Positions 50,901 through 64,000 of a DNA stretch of 64,000 bases are shown here, one piece after another (the stretch's first letter is position 1; every line of letters starts with the position of its first letter). The notes under the pieces were generated by a model. That model had not been told where the DNA came from, did not search any database, and saw only the letters and a list, made by a program, of their open reading frames with translations. The stretch lies in NCBI GenBank assembly GCA_965285935.1, contig OZ260662.1, positions 97,526,001 to 97,590,000 on the forward strand. Reading direction: 5' to 3'. The position numbers and the translations under genes were made by a program. This stretch comes from Ophelia neglecta. Taxonomy: Eukaryota.

Positions 50901-53900
50901 GCAGGCGGCAGGTGGTAAAGCCGTTTTAATATGAGCCGTGATTGGCAGAGTAATCATTAGGACTAAGAAGTTGGGTATCACATGGGACTAGCACTGGATT
51001 GTGTTCCTTCATGGTTTCAGTTACAGATGATACTGACAAAACTCGGTGTAGTGATACACAGTATTTGCCAGGCAGTAATGTGCCTGTTTATTTATTAGCC
51101 AGCTGTGGGAGATGTTCATTAGTTGTGTTGATTAACTTCTTGTCTCCAATAGACAAACACCTTGTATGGTATGTTTGTATGAACTATCAGGCATGGTATT
51201 TCTGTCCTACAGGTCAGTCATGGTCAATTCTAATAGATAGAAGATCTATCTATTGTTCATCAAGGTCAACCTGAAGTTCAATGTGATAATGGCACAGTGT
51301 TAGGAAATATTCTCAGGCAATTTTCATATTAGAAGTTGGTAATCCTGGGAAATATATAGCAGAGAAATGGATAGCTTACAAGTTGGTGGTGTGAAATGAC
51401 CCCATGGAGTTTGATAGCCACAGTGTTGACAATACAGTATGTACTGTTTAAGGCTTCATCGGCTGGAACCATCATTTTGTTGCCAAGTTCTCGTGACGCT
51501 CTGATAGCTCGCCTGTCATTCCGACATCCATTGGGTTGCAGGTTCCTTGTAGGATTTTATAAAGTCATATCGCCTTAATAAGAACATAGTGATAAATATT
51601 TAATAGTGGTGGACAGAAAACAGCTCAGACAGCTTTATTTCAAATGTATTTTCCTTCTGGCCAAATGGCTTTCTGAGACCCAACGGCTTCCATGGGCTTT
51701 CCCCGAATCCCAGTGTAAACTGGTCATGAAAATCTGGCCGTAAGCCGAAGTGGAAATCCATTCATCGATCAGCAAGGTTGTACCATGCCTTGTAATTGGA
51801 CTACAAAGGTGGATTATTGTATGGCATGCCTGGAAAGTGGTCAGGCTGATAAGTGACACCTAGTTAACCATGTTAACCAGTGGCCAGGCCTCCCAGCTTT
51901 TGTAACTGTCAGCTCAGTGCTGTAATTGGTTAACCACTGGTATTAAAACCACTTGAACCCTGTCTACATGTACATGTACAATGTCACATTATCACAAGTG
52001 ACCATTATTTCATGTGTCCATTCATAACCAGATTCAAACTGAGTGTGGACAGTGGGCGGATGTTAATTGTAATCAACAGGACACAGTCATTTATGGTTAT
52101 GCATGTGCTAGTGCCAGTTGTCTCACTTTCACAGCAGTTGCGCTTGTCTGCAAATGCTACCCTGAAAATTTGCATCCACAATTTCTTTCTTTTTTTCTTT
52201 TTTTTTTACAGAAACCATATTATTATAGCCCTTGGCTGACTTGTTTTGACTGTGTACTATATTTCATTGCAGGGGTTGATTGGGGAGAAATTGTCCAACA
52301 CACAGAAGTCTTATCCCAATCAAGTGATAAGATTGTTTTCTCTTTACCCTAAGGGGCTTGCTTCAGGTTTTACACAATTTATGAAGCTGTGTTAAAACTG
52401 CTTCATGTTGTCAGGGGTTCAATGACTATAATTTGGTATAGTTTTTCTGTAAACTGCATAATCTTTGATTGCTGCTCAAGTTGTTTTCCCCGTGTCTGGA
52501 TGGGCGTTGGAGAGCCAAACAGCTTATTTGGCTGTCAAATGTTTGAATTTCCTATGGCCAGCCAGCCAAATGACACGTGCATGTCTACTTTTGTCAAGAG
52601 TTGAACCTGTCGTGTCATGTTCAGACTTTTTAGTCGGCAGGACGCCAAATTTTCCTATTTGAAACTGGTGGGTGTGTCTAGAATAAGATTTGTAAGGAAC
52701 ACAAAACACAGACGGGTTTTGTGATCGCAAAGAATACTTTACTTTTTGGAAATACCTTCAATATACATGTTAATGTACTTGAAAATATACAAACTTCAAG
52801 TGTTTAGGCAGCCAAGAACCTGTCGCCAACCCTCTAATTGTCTTCATATTTGTTAAACTATTCGACAAACATTTCTAAGTCATTAATGTTCATATGAATG
52901 AAGTCACAGGCTTAAAGTTTTAGACAATTAATTTGTTATTTTCTAAAACCAAGTTCTAAAAACTTTATAACTACTACTTATTTGAATACTTAATTAATAA
53001 TTATCACCACAGGTGGGTTTTAAACACATGCATTCTCTCCTTGTACTCCAAAAGGAATCTGTAGAAGATGAAAGACCCTATTATGGAACGACTGAATCAA
53101 GGATTTCTAATAACCTGAATACCCTGTGTTCTCCTTTAAATTACCCCCACTAAGGTTGGCTAGCTCGATAAAATAAAATACCCCACTATCAATGACCCCA
53201 TATCACATGATGTCCTCAACTTAATATGGCGAGAGGGTTCACAAACTTAGTTGAACATTCAATCTTTTCACCTGAAGTGACTATATGTTTACCAAAGCTT
53301 TTATAAAAGATTGGCATAAAGGAAAAAAATTGTTTAAATTATATGATAGACTGTTTATTGTTTAGGGACTAAAGTATTCATTTAGTGTTGTGAGTTGACT
53401 ATAAATGTACTTCTTGACAGTTTTCAAGGCTGTACTGGTGTTATAATGAAGTTCATGCATAATTAAAAAATACCGTATCAAAAGGACATCCAATTTACTA
53501 CTGACTTTAATATAATCAGTTGGGTCGTGAAAAAAGGTATGTATATAAGTCTAGATATATGATTAAAATCTCCACCAGAAATGTAGAGCCCCTGACAAGA
53601 AATGACAGAACTTGTACACTTTAATAATGTGCTATTTGGAGTTTTATCAGAATATAATAACAAGATCTATTGAGTGGTTTGAAGCTTGGGAGTATAGCTG
53701 AGTGGCGTTGTTTACCCGCCGTGACCTTTCACCCCTGCCCCTTCAGAGCCTGTCCATGTCCTGTGATATTGACGGGTCTGGAGTATTGATTCAGTCTTTG
53801 TATTGAGACATGCTGTAGTCAAGGAGTGAGTGCCTCCTGTAATATCATACCTCACTACACCGCCATCTGATGTGTCTTTTATTGCTTTAAGTCAACAACT

Positions 53901-55950
53901 GCCTTTAAACTTGGACAAATACAAGCCTGGCACATTCAAAGAGTAAGCCCATATATAAAACCATGTTATCTCACGTCAACAGCACTACACAGTGTTACCC
54001 CACCAGCCTGGGGCTCTCCACCCCTCTGTTCTCACTGTCACTAGAAGGGTAACTACCTGACTCTGAGCCCCTTGAGGTGAACCCTCCTCTCCTAACAGGT
54101 GTCGCTCTTTCCACCAATACACCACATATGTGGTTCTTTGCACAAAGGGATCTTTCAGGAGGAGAGACCAAATTAGTCTTTTTGCACCTTTTTAAATTTA
54201 CTGGAATCAAAATCTTTCAAGTCTGCCTGTCATCCCCTCCCCCTCCCCCAGAGCCCATTTTACTGTTTCTAGGTACATACTGCCTGCTCATTCAAAGCCC
54301 CCCACCCCCGTCTCCCAGCCCCAGTCCCCTGTGATCAACCCTTGATATTACCAGTGAGTGCACAGTACACTGTTGAATGTCATACCTGTAAACAGATATC
54401 TACCCTTTCCCTGGGCCTTGTCATTCCAAGGCCACTATCTCATTATGAATGCAAGAAGTATATGGTCAGTACCAGCGATAAACTACTTATAGGTATGACA
54501 ACCATTAAACATTCAGGAAGCTTCTAGCTGTCAACAAGGCAGCACTTCTCAGAGTAGATATAGCTAGATCTCTGTTTGCCAGTGTAGTATTAAATGGGGG
54601 ATGCAAACATAGGAAGAAAAACAACAGTCTTTGTGCCATAATCCACTTAAATTCATGATGTGTACACATATATTTAGTTCTATAGGATGTATACATGCTG
54701 TATACACCTTTAGCGGTTGTCTCATGTCTATAGTTCTATACTAGTGTAGCTCATCTGTGTATTATTCAACAGGCTTACCAGGAAGTTGTTTATCCAGAAT
54801 AAAATATTAAGCATTCATATTTATCAGATGTTAGTAGGTAACAAATTATAGATTAAATCTATGATGGAATGGGGAAGTAAATTAAATGGATACAAAGCAT
54901 AGCTCCCATCATTATCAAGGCCTTTACCAGGGCTGTGTATTTTTGTGCCTGGAAGAAGCAGCAGATCACTTAGAAATTCACTGATAGTGTGAAATGATTT
55001 TTTTGTGAGAAAAATGAAGGGAAGCAGGGAATTGCATTCCATCACTAAATTAGCAAGTGAATGAAAAAGGAGTTAAATCAGCTGCGATATCATGAAAAAT
55101 AGAGTGACTCTATAAATAATGTAATTAATTGGTCCCCAAATGCCTAATTTCATGGTGAATAGGCAATCCTCCAGAAGAATTACTATTTAAAAACATCTGG
55201 CTTTTTTTCTGAATCTATCAACAAGAGATTATTTTAATATTTATAGTCCACAAAAATGGCTGTGAACTTCACCTCAGAAAGATTTGCATGCAATAATTAG
55301 CTGCAGATTATAATGGTAAATATGAACTGCTTGTGTAGGACGTATGGATGGTATGGATAGTTGTAGTAATTGGTGCCGATGTTAGGGATTCTGAGTCGTC
55401 CTACCAGCTGTTACTTTGACTTCTCATACAGGCTGAAATTTGATATCAATTCAACTTTAAAAAGCTAATGAACTAGTTGTATAGCAATAATTTGTTGCTT
55501 AACTAATGTTTACCTTTATATACAAAAATAATAATAACTAATGAATTGAGAAGGGACCAGACATAATTTTATTTACTTGACACTGAGGAATCAACTGTCT
55601 TCAAGCGTTTTGACACAGCATGTTTTAATGTTGTGACGGATACTGAGAGAGTTTATGTCACAAGTCTGATATGATAGCTCGGTGTACTGCGCTAATAATG
55701 GACTGAGAACAAAGCGTTGTTTTTTCTTTACCTAAGAAAAACCCCACATCTAAAGAAATAGAATAGGATCTTTATATAAATAAAACCAATAGCAAGAAAT
55801 TATGCATTATTCTGAAGGGAAAGTGGTATCAAAGAAAGGAAATGTGGTTTTTATATAGCTTTATTTTTGTCTTTAGTTTTATTCCATTAAAAGGAATCAT
55901 TACTGAGTCATGGTGAACAGTGTTAAAAGAACCATATACATGTACATGTA

Positions 55951-56128
55951 CAGTGGTCCCTGCCATGTAGGGCCCCTCCGATGAAGGGCCACCTGCGATG
56001 GCAGGACAGTTTTTGAATTCCCATGTCCTATCTTTTCCATGTTAAAGTACCTCCGATGGAGGGCCACCTGCAATGTAGGGCCACTTTTCCTTGGATTTAG
56101 GGGTGGCCTTACATCACAGGGACCACTG
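55951..56128 (+). mobile_element. MITE family B
   Basis: TA|CAGTGGTCCCTG...CAGGGACCACTG|TA, 178 bp, colinear with and highly similar to 4707-4885. Preceded by TACATGTACATGTA. Confidence 0.93.
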
Positions 56129-59100
56129 TACATCTACATACTAACACACCAAGGGTATACTTACAAAGTACATAGTTACATAATATGCATATAGAAATTA
56201 AATGAGATACTAACTAATTGATATGTGAGAGAAGTCATCTCTGTAAAGAAACAGCAAGTCTACCAGCTTTTCATTTCTGCTGATAAAACCATTAGTAGTG
56301 TCTAGTGCCTGTAGGAATTGGTTCTTGAGTGGTAGTACAATAGTGTCTGATAGAATCTATTGTGAAATGATGGCTAATCTTAGTATTACACTTACCCCAT
56401 GTATTAAAACACAGCCACAGGGCTGGTGCCAGACAGTCACATGTGGTTACATAACCCCCCCCCAGGCAGCTACACTGTGTGTTGTGTCTGGCTACCAGAC
56501 AGCCACCTCTGAACCAAAATACACACAGACAGCCATGCACAAAGAACCAGGTCACTGCGAGGTCAGCTCAGGTCGCCAGCTTGGCTGATGGGTGTGGGAG
56601 GAGATGAGAGGGTCGGAAATATGTAATGGACTGCTATTGTTTCTCTCTTGGGGGGGGGGGCTTTAGGCAAACACTCCCTAAGCATACATTCTCAAAAGAA
56701 TGTACCCAGCATAGTTCATATATTCTTCACCAATGAAAAACGGGAGTGGACATCTGGAACAGGATATAAAGCAGTAATCAGGAATATCCATTAAATCATC
56801 AACCATCAGCTGCAGGCCCACAAACACCAATCTCCAGCTTCCTGTGAATAAGCTCATAGGGAAATAAATGTCATTTCAATTAGTGTCAAAACACTTTAAC
56901 ATAGAGGAGGATTATTTGCGCCTAGATAGATCGTCTAGTCACGTACAGTCCTGAAATTTAAGGATTCTTACTTTCAAAACTGTATTGTTTTTAGGAGTTG
57001 AGCAGCCATGTGGTGAGAAGTAAAAGATAAATTTGCAGCTCAGTAGGAGCCCAGTTGATATCTGCGGTGGTTTATTGCTCCACATTCTTGTACATTGCCT
57101 CCCTGGGAGATGCTAGCTAGCTGCTTGGTCAATATGTTATCACTCTGTGTGTAATCCTAACCAAATTCTTGGCCCTAATCTGCCAAAATTGTTCGAAGAT
57201 AGCTGGATTTCGACTGGTGGCCGACTGATTAGTTAAGAGATTTATTACGGCTTCAGAGATGTTCTTTAATTCATACATGTTTCTATGTCAGGTTTGGGTT
57301 ATGTCGAAAACAGGAAACGGTTTTATCACCTCCCAAGCTTTATCTTCTGCTCTTGAATAAAAAATTCACAATTTTTTTGTAAAAAGAACTATTGAAGGGT
57401 GTATATATACGACTGCTCTGACTCAGAAAGAACGGAAAATGAGATCAACACTGTCATTTATTTTGGAAGATATAGTTATCGTCAAGATAAGACAATGTTT
57501 TCACCCAGTGAATCATAATATGTATTGGTTTACCACATGTTTTCCATCCCCTATTATCACCCATATCAGCTTGTAGATGTCTTCAATTTCATATTCCTGT
57601 TGAATTGAGTTTGATATTTGAGTAATATTTTGTCAAAGGGACTGCACTCAACACAGCCAGTTTAGACATGCATCAGAAGGGTAACCGATATTACAGACAG
57701 GCTGCTCTCAATGATTGTCAGATCCGCTTTAAATGGCATTTGCTGGGAATAAAACAACGCCTCGGTGTGTACCATCGAGGGCACATGTAGGAATTAGTCT
57801 ACTGATGAATAATAGATTACATAGTCTTGGAACGTCTAGACAGTGTAGATTGGGTATGAGGTGTGGGACTGAAATGGACTCTACCAGGTGACTCTAGGGC
57901 ATGGGGCCCCATCCCATTTTTAATATTTCTACAACACTGCGGCATGCATACTTGGCTCATATTGGCGAGGGTTGGAGACGCCTTCCATGCTGTATTGTTG
58001 ATCCTAGGTGTTATTTATTTCAGAGACATTGGCCTTAACTTGTCTCAGGTTTTATTACATGCTGCCAGAACATTCTGAAGCCAGTTGCTTGAGGAATGCT
58101 TTGTTGTCTTTCTTATTAAACCACCACCCATTCTCTCAAACGTGGCCATTGTGGTCATCACGTCAGACCTTGACTTGTTAGGTTCCCGATCTCCTATGAA
58201 TTGTCTCTCCTAACTTAACTCTCGGACTCCCTGCCCTGCCATTGAAACACCCCACCCCAAGCCATAGAACACTTCCAAGATCATCCCCTCCCCCCTCCCT
58301 CCCCCCCCCCCCCCTGCAAGCCTCCAAGCTCCACACTCTTATAATGGTACCCCTAAGCCATCCCCTCACATTAGCTGGGCGTTCCAGGCTCCTGAAATGT
58401 GATATGTTGATTACCTAGGTAAGATTTAAGAGCTAGTAGATATGGCCTTGGCTGGGCTCTCTCAGCAGGCTGATCACAGACACCACACCTGAATCCTCAA
58501 GGTCTGTCTCCTACCAGCTATGTTTACATACATCGGGCTCTGTCACACCAGATACATTAAACATACCTGGCCCCTGGCTCTTCTGATTACCCATGAAAAT
58601 CTTATAAGGGGCATGAAAGTGATGTTACAGGTATTCTGCAGCTATTCTGATAATCTGATTGGTGTTAGTGACGTCTACTAAGATCTCTAGGATCAAGGTG
58701 AGCGTCTGCCGGAGATCTCTATTTTTCTAAATGCTGAATTCTGATATATTCATGTAAGACTGCTCAGGTACAGTAACAGTTGTAAAATGTAAAAAATAGT
58801 GGAAGGTATTATTCCTGATAGGTGTTTTTCTTTAGAAAGTAATATTTTTGGGTGTTCTTGTATTCACAGGCTCTGAACTCTTTTTACGCCGTTGTGGAAT
58901 GTAACTTGATGATAATTAGGTTAGAAAAAGATTAAGAAATTTGAAAATAGCAACATTTTCACCAGCATCTGATGTGAGAGAAAAGTCATATTTAAAAAAA
59001 GCACAGCTGGTTTTTTTTTAGCGCTTTAAAGTCAAAAGTTGCCTGGCTGCTTGACTTGACTAAGTAACTCCGAGAGCTGTGTTGTGCAAACTGCAGTTGC

Positions 59101-60287
59101 CGAGGAAAGATGAAAACAGGGTAGGTTTTACTAGAGCCGAAGGTTGTGGAAAAAATTAGAAGTGTTTGGAGAAGACTAGTGGATCTCAGATAAAGGGCAT
59201 TGAGAGGGGGGGGGGGGTGTATTAGATCTAGGAGGTTGGGGGGGGGGGGTTGTGAGATCTAGGGGGTTAAGGGGTTCAGGGGCTGTTCTCTTATTTCAGT
59301 GCCATCTTTTACAGGTAAAATACATGTGAATACTAGGATTTACCCCAGCATGTTAGCATGCTTTAAAACTCCCACCTATGTTCAGCTGTAAAATGTTTAA
59401 ACTCTGTAGCTAAAGAATCAACTCCATTGGATTACTGGCATCCACTTCCTTGAAATACAGGCATATAGACAAAGTCATATATTTAGATTGTTTTCTCACT
59501 GAAGATTTGGTGGGTAAAATGCAGTTGCTGTATTTGTGTGTAGCTCAGGGCTGAATCTGTTGATGAGCTTGTTACCCTCTGGCCTGTCCTTTGACCTGCC
59601 GTATGACCTGCCCCCTGAGGAGCTCTCCAGTCTGTCATTCAACAGACAATATAACTGAGACATTGACTGTCCGGGACAGGCCTTTACATAGCCTTCTCAC
59701 ACAGGACAATAATTTATACTTGTGTCCTCACTCCTTGGTATTACTTCCTCTCACCACAGCTGTCCAGAGCACAGGTCCTTGTGCACACCCAGGGCTTCGG
59801 GCATGCTCAGCTAAGAAGCCGGGCAGGCTCTCAGTGATGTCGTACCTCTCAATAAACCAAGGGAAATGTCAGCCTCATTGTCAGAGGTGTTCACCACGAT
59901 GCCAACAGGCCCTGTCTCTCACCCTAACATTTTTATCATCCAGGCCCTGTGTTCTGTGACAAAAACAAGGCTGTTTGGAGTGATAGCATCCGCTGCTCTT
60001 CTGTCAGTTTTATTGACCACTTTTTGCCTCATTTTGCAAATTGAAAAAGAAATAGTGACAATCATTTGAGGTTTTACTTGGAGCTATACAGTTGATGTGT
60101 TGTACTATATATATATCTATGTGTATATTTCTTGCATAGAATAACTGTTTGCAACGAAGAAGTGTGTGCAAACAGTCTGCGGTGATTTTTATATAGTTAA
60201 AATGGGCCTTGCGTGTAAGTTGGAGAAACAGTATGGTAAAGTACATCTGCCTTGACCTTAGAGTGACAAATGATACAGTGGGCCCAG

Positions 60288-60356
60288 AATGTTAGAATGG
60301 GCCCCATTGGTGATTTTTGAATGTTAGAATGGGCCCCATTGGTGATTCTTGAATGT
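60288..60356. repeat. 32-bp tandem duplication
   Basis: AATGTTAGAATGGGCCCCATTGGTGATT(T/C)TTG x2. Confidence 0.9.
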
Positions 60357-61712
60357 TCAAAAACGCATGCTTTTCCCATATCCTCTGAATGATCTTTGCA
60401 GCAATTTGTGCCCTGCACCAATTTGTTCTCTCTGGCTTGATTTATGGACAAAAAGCATGACCAGCCCTGCTAGATCACCCCCAACCCCCACAAATGCCCA
60501 GGGCGTGGGACCTCCTTAGTACCACCAATGAGCCCAGTCTTTGACCCATGCTTCATAGCTGGCAACTAGTGTGTCTGTCTGTGTTGCCAAGAAACAGACC
60601 AATTGCTTGGCAACCAGGCAAAACCAAGCAATAATGAGGCATTTTTGCAATATCCCTCGAGATATTATGGCACTGTTGTGAAAAATTGTGCAATTTACGG
60701 ACCTTAAAATAGCCCAGGTTTTCTGGAATGTTTGAGATACTTGTGCAGTCTGGTAGTAAATATCTTTGAACCACACCATTACTTTTTTCGAAAACTTTAA
60801 TTAGCTCTGGTTTAAAAGAGGCATAAACTTTGATTGTGCGGGAGAAGTATCAATAATACATGAAATGGGCACTTTGTGTGTTTGGTGATTTAGTGAACCG
60901 GGCCCTCTACACATTAACTTATACTACATTGATCAGGTAAAATTCAATTACCAATGGCACAAGAACATGGATCAAAAGTGAAAAAAATCTAACTTATTTG
61001 ATTGTTAGGTCCCAGCAGGGAAAGGTAATTGTCCTACCAAGGACAAATCAAATCACAGGGAGAGAGTAATTGGTGTGGTGCTAGCCAGCCGGGGGACGCG
61101 AGTTTCTATCAGGAAGATCGCCAGTTTCTATCAGGATGATAAGGCAGAAACTTTTGGTGATAAAAGCTGGCAGTGTATTTGTGGCTAAACTCTTATAAAC
61201 TTTGTCTTATGTTATTGATGAATCCTGTTTTTATAGTCACAGCTTGACTTCATTGATGGGTAAAACTCATTATGTGTCTAATGAAGTTAACTCAAGATGG
61301 ATGCATCATGATTTTTATATTCAATACTTGTCTATATTTTTAAGAATTAATTTACTTATGTAGATCAGCATTCATTGATGAATCACTTATGCAATTGTAG
61401 CAATATATTTTCAAAATAAGGCAAAACACCTCGTATATCAAATTTCGGCAGGCAAGCCTGTATTAAGCAGAACTTCATGAATTTCCCTTCATCATGAAGA
61501 CAAATTTGTTATTTATCCAAAGTTTTGTCTTATTTTCCAAATCAGTTATGAATATAAATCAGTGGTGTCCTGAGAACTGGTCGGGCTATCTTAGTAGTTA
61601 CCTGAAAGGTATTCGTCCCATCCAGCATCAATACGCTTCCCATCTAGGCTGTTATCTTACAGGAATATCACACAGGCACCTTCTTGACTGATGTGTATAC
61701 ATTTTTTAAGTA

Positions 61713-61890
61713 CAGAGAAACCTGTGAATTAAGACCACCCAAGGGACTGGAAAATGCTGGTCTGATTTCGGAGCTGGTCTGTTTAGACAGGTTATTTAAC
61801 ATTGAAAGTATAAAGCATAGTCTTCATATTAGTGGTCTGAATTGACAGGTGCTCTGATTACAGAGGTGGTCTTTAAGGCAGGTTTCACTG
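61713..61890 (-). mobile_element. MITE family A, inverted relative to the 19434 copy
   Basis: TA|CAGAGAAACCTG...CAGGTTTCACTG|TA, 178 bp. Its reverse complement aligns without gaps to 19434-19611 with 21 mismatches by hand count (about 88%). Confidence 0.93.
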
Positions 61891-63215
61891 TACATGTATT
61901 ATAAATGTAGGGTGTTTTGAAATGTTTCTGGTGAGACGGGTGTTCATACTCATCTGATCACTGGTTATGACAGCCTGGTTGTGTGAAGCATATGACAAGA
62001 TGGGTGACTTTGGGTCACCCTGGGGCAGACTTTGGACCGGCTTGGGGCGAGAGTAACCTGTGATACTCTAGTTTTACCTGTGTTACTAGTGCTTCCAGAT
62101 CCGGCAGAAGTGACGGCGACATTTGCGCCTGTTTATGCCCTTAGTTAGGGCATACCTCTAGTAACAGGAATAACCAGTGTGTCTTGTGTAAGCTCACCCC
62201 AAGTCACCTCTGCTACTGACATGCCCATTTTTCACCCAAGGCACTGCAGTTTTATACAAGTTGCATGTTTGTGTGAATTTTATGCTCTCACCGTGCCAGC
62301 GAGTCTTGCCATATGTATGTTTGGATATTAACAGCTCCCTAATGTTGGATTACTGGCCCGGGAGGATATGTCACAAGGGAATATATAGCCTGGTCTTTAA
62401 GACTGCCAAATGTCCAACCACCAATTATATTGTTGAGCCATACGCCACCTGCCTGCAAATAAACTTGTGTATGAATTATTAGGTAGTGCTAAAACTTCAA
62501 GGTCTCTTCTGGCACTCTGTCTGATAACCTATAATTAGAAGGTGGCTCCTTGAAATATTTTCCCAATGGCCCAATTGCAATAGATTTTTAAAGCCAAATT
62601 TTACATTCTCCAAACTCCAGCATGGTGTTTTAATACAGTGAGCGTATAATAACACTACTTTCTGTCAGCAATACAGTTGTATACTACTGTCGGTCCACCA
62701 TGACGCTTCAGAGGTTGGGGCAGGGTCAGTTCAGGTGTGGAGATGGGGGAGGTTGGTAGGTGTGTCTAGAAAGTGTCCCCTTAACATAACTGTATCATCA
62801 AAAGGACCAGCACATGTGTTAACATGGATGGCCAAATTACTGGGTACCTTGACTTGAACTTAAGAAGTGTATTGTAGTCAAGGCTTCTGTTTTTTGTGAG
62901 AACACTGTTAATGCAGATCATTCCAGCTGTACATGTAAGGTGGAGACAGTATGTTAGTAGTTTTTTTTAGTACCTCTCGGTTTTCTCATTCAGAAACATG
63001 CACAATTTGACATTTATGTATAAAAACAATGCTGGGAAATTGGCAAAAACTGCATTGTTGATGGGCGTTATAGAAAGACCCAGGAGATAAGGATAAATGT
63101 GTCTGGTTCCTGGTCTGAGCAGACAACTATCATTGTCTATTACCTTGATGAAAGACCACTCACTCATTACTCATCAGACAAAACATTGTGGCAACAAAAG
63201 GAGGGTGTACATTTG

Positions 63216-63316
63216 TAGAGGTGTCTCTAGAGGTTGTCTCATGGATCTAGAGGTGTCTCGAGCGTCTAGAGCGGTCTGGCCTCTAGAGGTGTCTCACCCG
63301 TCTCGAGATGTGTCTC
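63216..63316. repeat. Degenerate TCTAGAGGTGTC short repeat
   Basis: Several TCTAGAG/TCTCGAG-GTGTC units in 100 bp. Confidence 0.7.
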
Positions 63317-64000
63317 CTGTTCTATTTAAGTCATTTTTTGTCTCCCCTACCTGCTGTTAACTTGATGGTGGATGAAGGGCATGGCTTGTTATGTTGTATG
63401 CAAGTTCACCTGATGTACATGATGAATGTCCACATGTAGCCGTCTGCCGATACGGCCACTACTTTTAGATCTAGGTGTTCACTGGGTGCCGAATCTCTAT
63501 CATTAAACATAGGTAGTACAGCCCAATTGACCATCAAGGGCAAGCCATAAAGAGGAGGGTTTGCCTCTAGGGGCTCCAAGTCAGATTATGATATACCATT
63601 TCCTCTAGAGGGACAGAGTGAAAAAAGTGAAGTGGGCAGCACCACTGGGACTGGTTCTAGTCTTAATTAGACTCACTTTTGAATATTGGTAAAAGTACAG
63701 GGCTTTCTGGCTCCTGCAGAGGTCAGCCATTAAAACAGAAAAGTTTGGAAGAAGATGGCTCATGGATTTGTTGCTGATACCTTCATTGTAATCATAATTA
63801 CTGGATGGCATCATATTATCAGTTATTAAACTGTACATTTCAGGGAGCTCTCCACTCGTCCCATTGCCTTGAGTGGTGAGCTGCAGTACATAACCTTCTC
63901 CTGTGGCCTTGGCAACAGGCTGTTCTTTTTTGAACTGGACAGGGCATTATCTAAGTTGACAGTTAAAACAAGGCCGTCTGCTCTATTGGCGCCGGTTGTA

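Larger units (their letters stand above)
24813..64000 (+). other. mbl: Large mbl intron (>39 kb, continues beyond the window)
   Basis: Begins with GT at 24813. I found no segment encoding the expected ZnF2 continuation (G[RK]C...CKY[LF]HPP) in the ORF track or by reading. Very large introns at this position are typical of mbl genes. A short exon could have been missed. Confidence 0.75.

Noticed and set aside
59861-59910. GKCQ... in ORF 59591-59959 as the next mbl exon
   Set aside because: It lacks the CKY(L/F)HPP continuation of ZnF2 and has no polypyrimidine tract before the AG, so it is most likely chance.
265-63838. Remaining 60-120-aa ORFs in the track
   Set aside because: No recognisable domains, lengths expected by chance, and many begin at non-ATG codons that are not meaningful for a nuclear animal gene.

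Overview
Animal genomic DNA, probably a marine invertebrate (inferred from the repeat types and the strong TACATGTA excess). It is AT-rich, mostly CpG-poor and almost entirely non-coding. The only protein-coding sequence I can support is the first coding exon of a muscleblind (mbl/MBNL) gene on the + strand. The exon runs 24137-24812 and its CDS part runs 24597-24812, giving 72 codons with CCCH zinc finger 1 and the start of finger 2. A candidate promoter and short non-coding first exon lie at about 9920-10108. No further mbl exon is recognisable, so the following intron appears to exceed 39 kb. This exon is the positional equivalent of the exon that circularises in fly (circMbl) and mammals (circMBNL1). 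Here it is flanked by an inverted pair of 178-bp Tc1/mariner-type MITEs (about 88% identical by hand alignment). Back-splicing would create a 676-nt circle encoding a closed 94-aa ORF with a unique 22-aa tail. The window also holds a second MITE family, a CAGGG-ended MITE with a 6-bp target-site duplication, several tandem arrays, a perfect 24-bp palindrome that looks like a template-switch product, and many TACATGTA octamers that match Tc1-type excision footprints. The other ORFs in the track look spurious.
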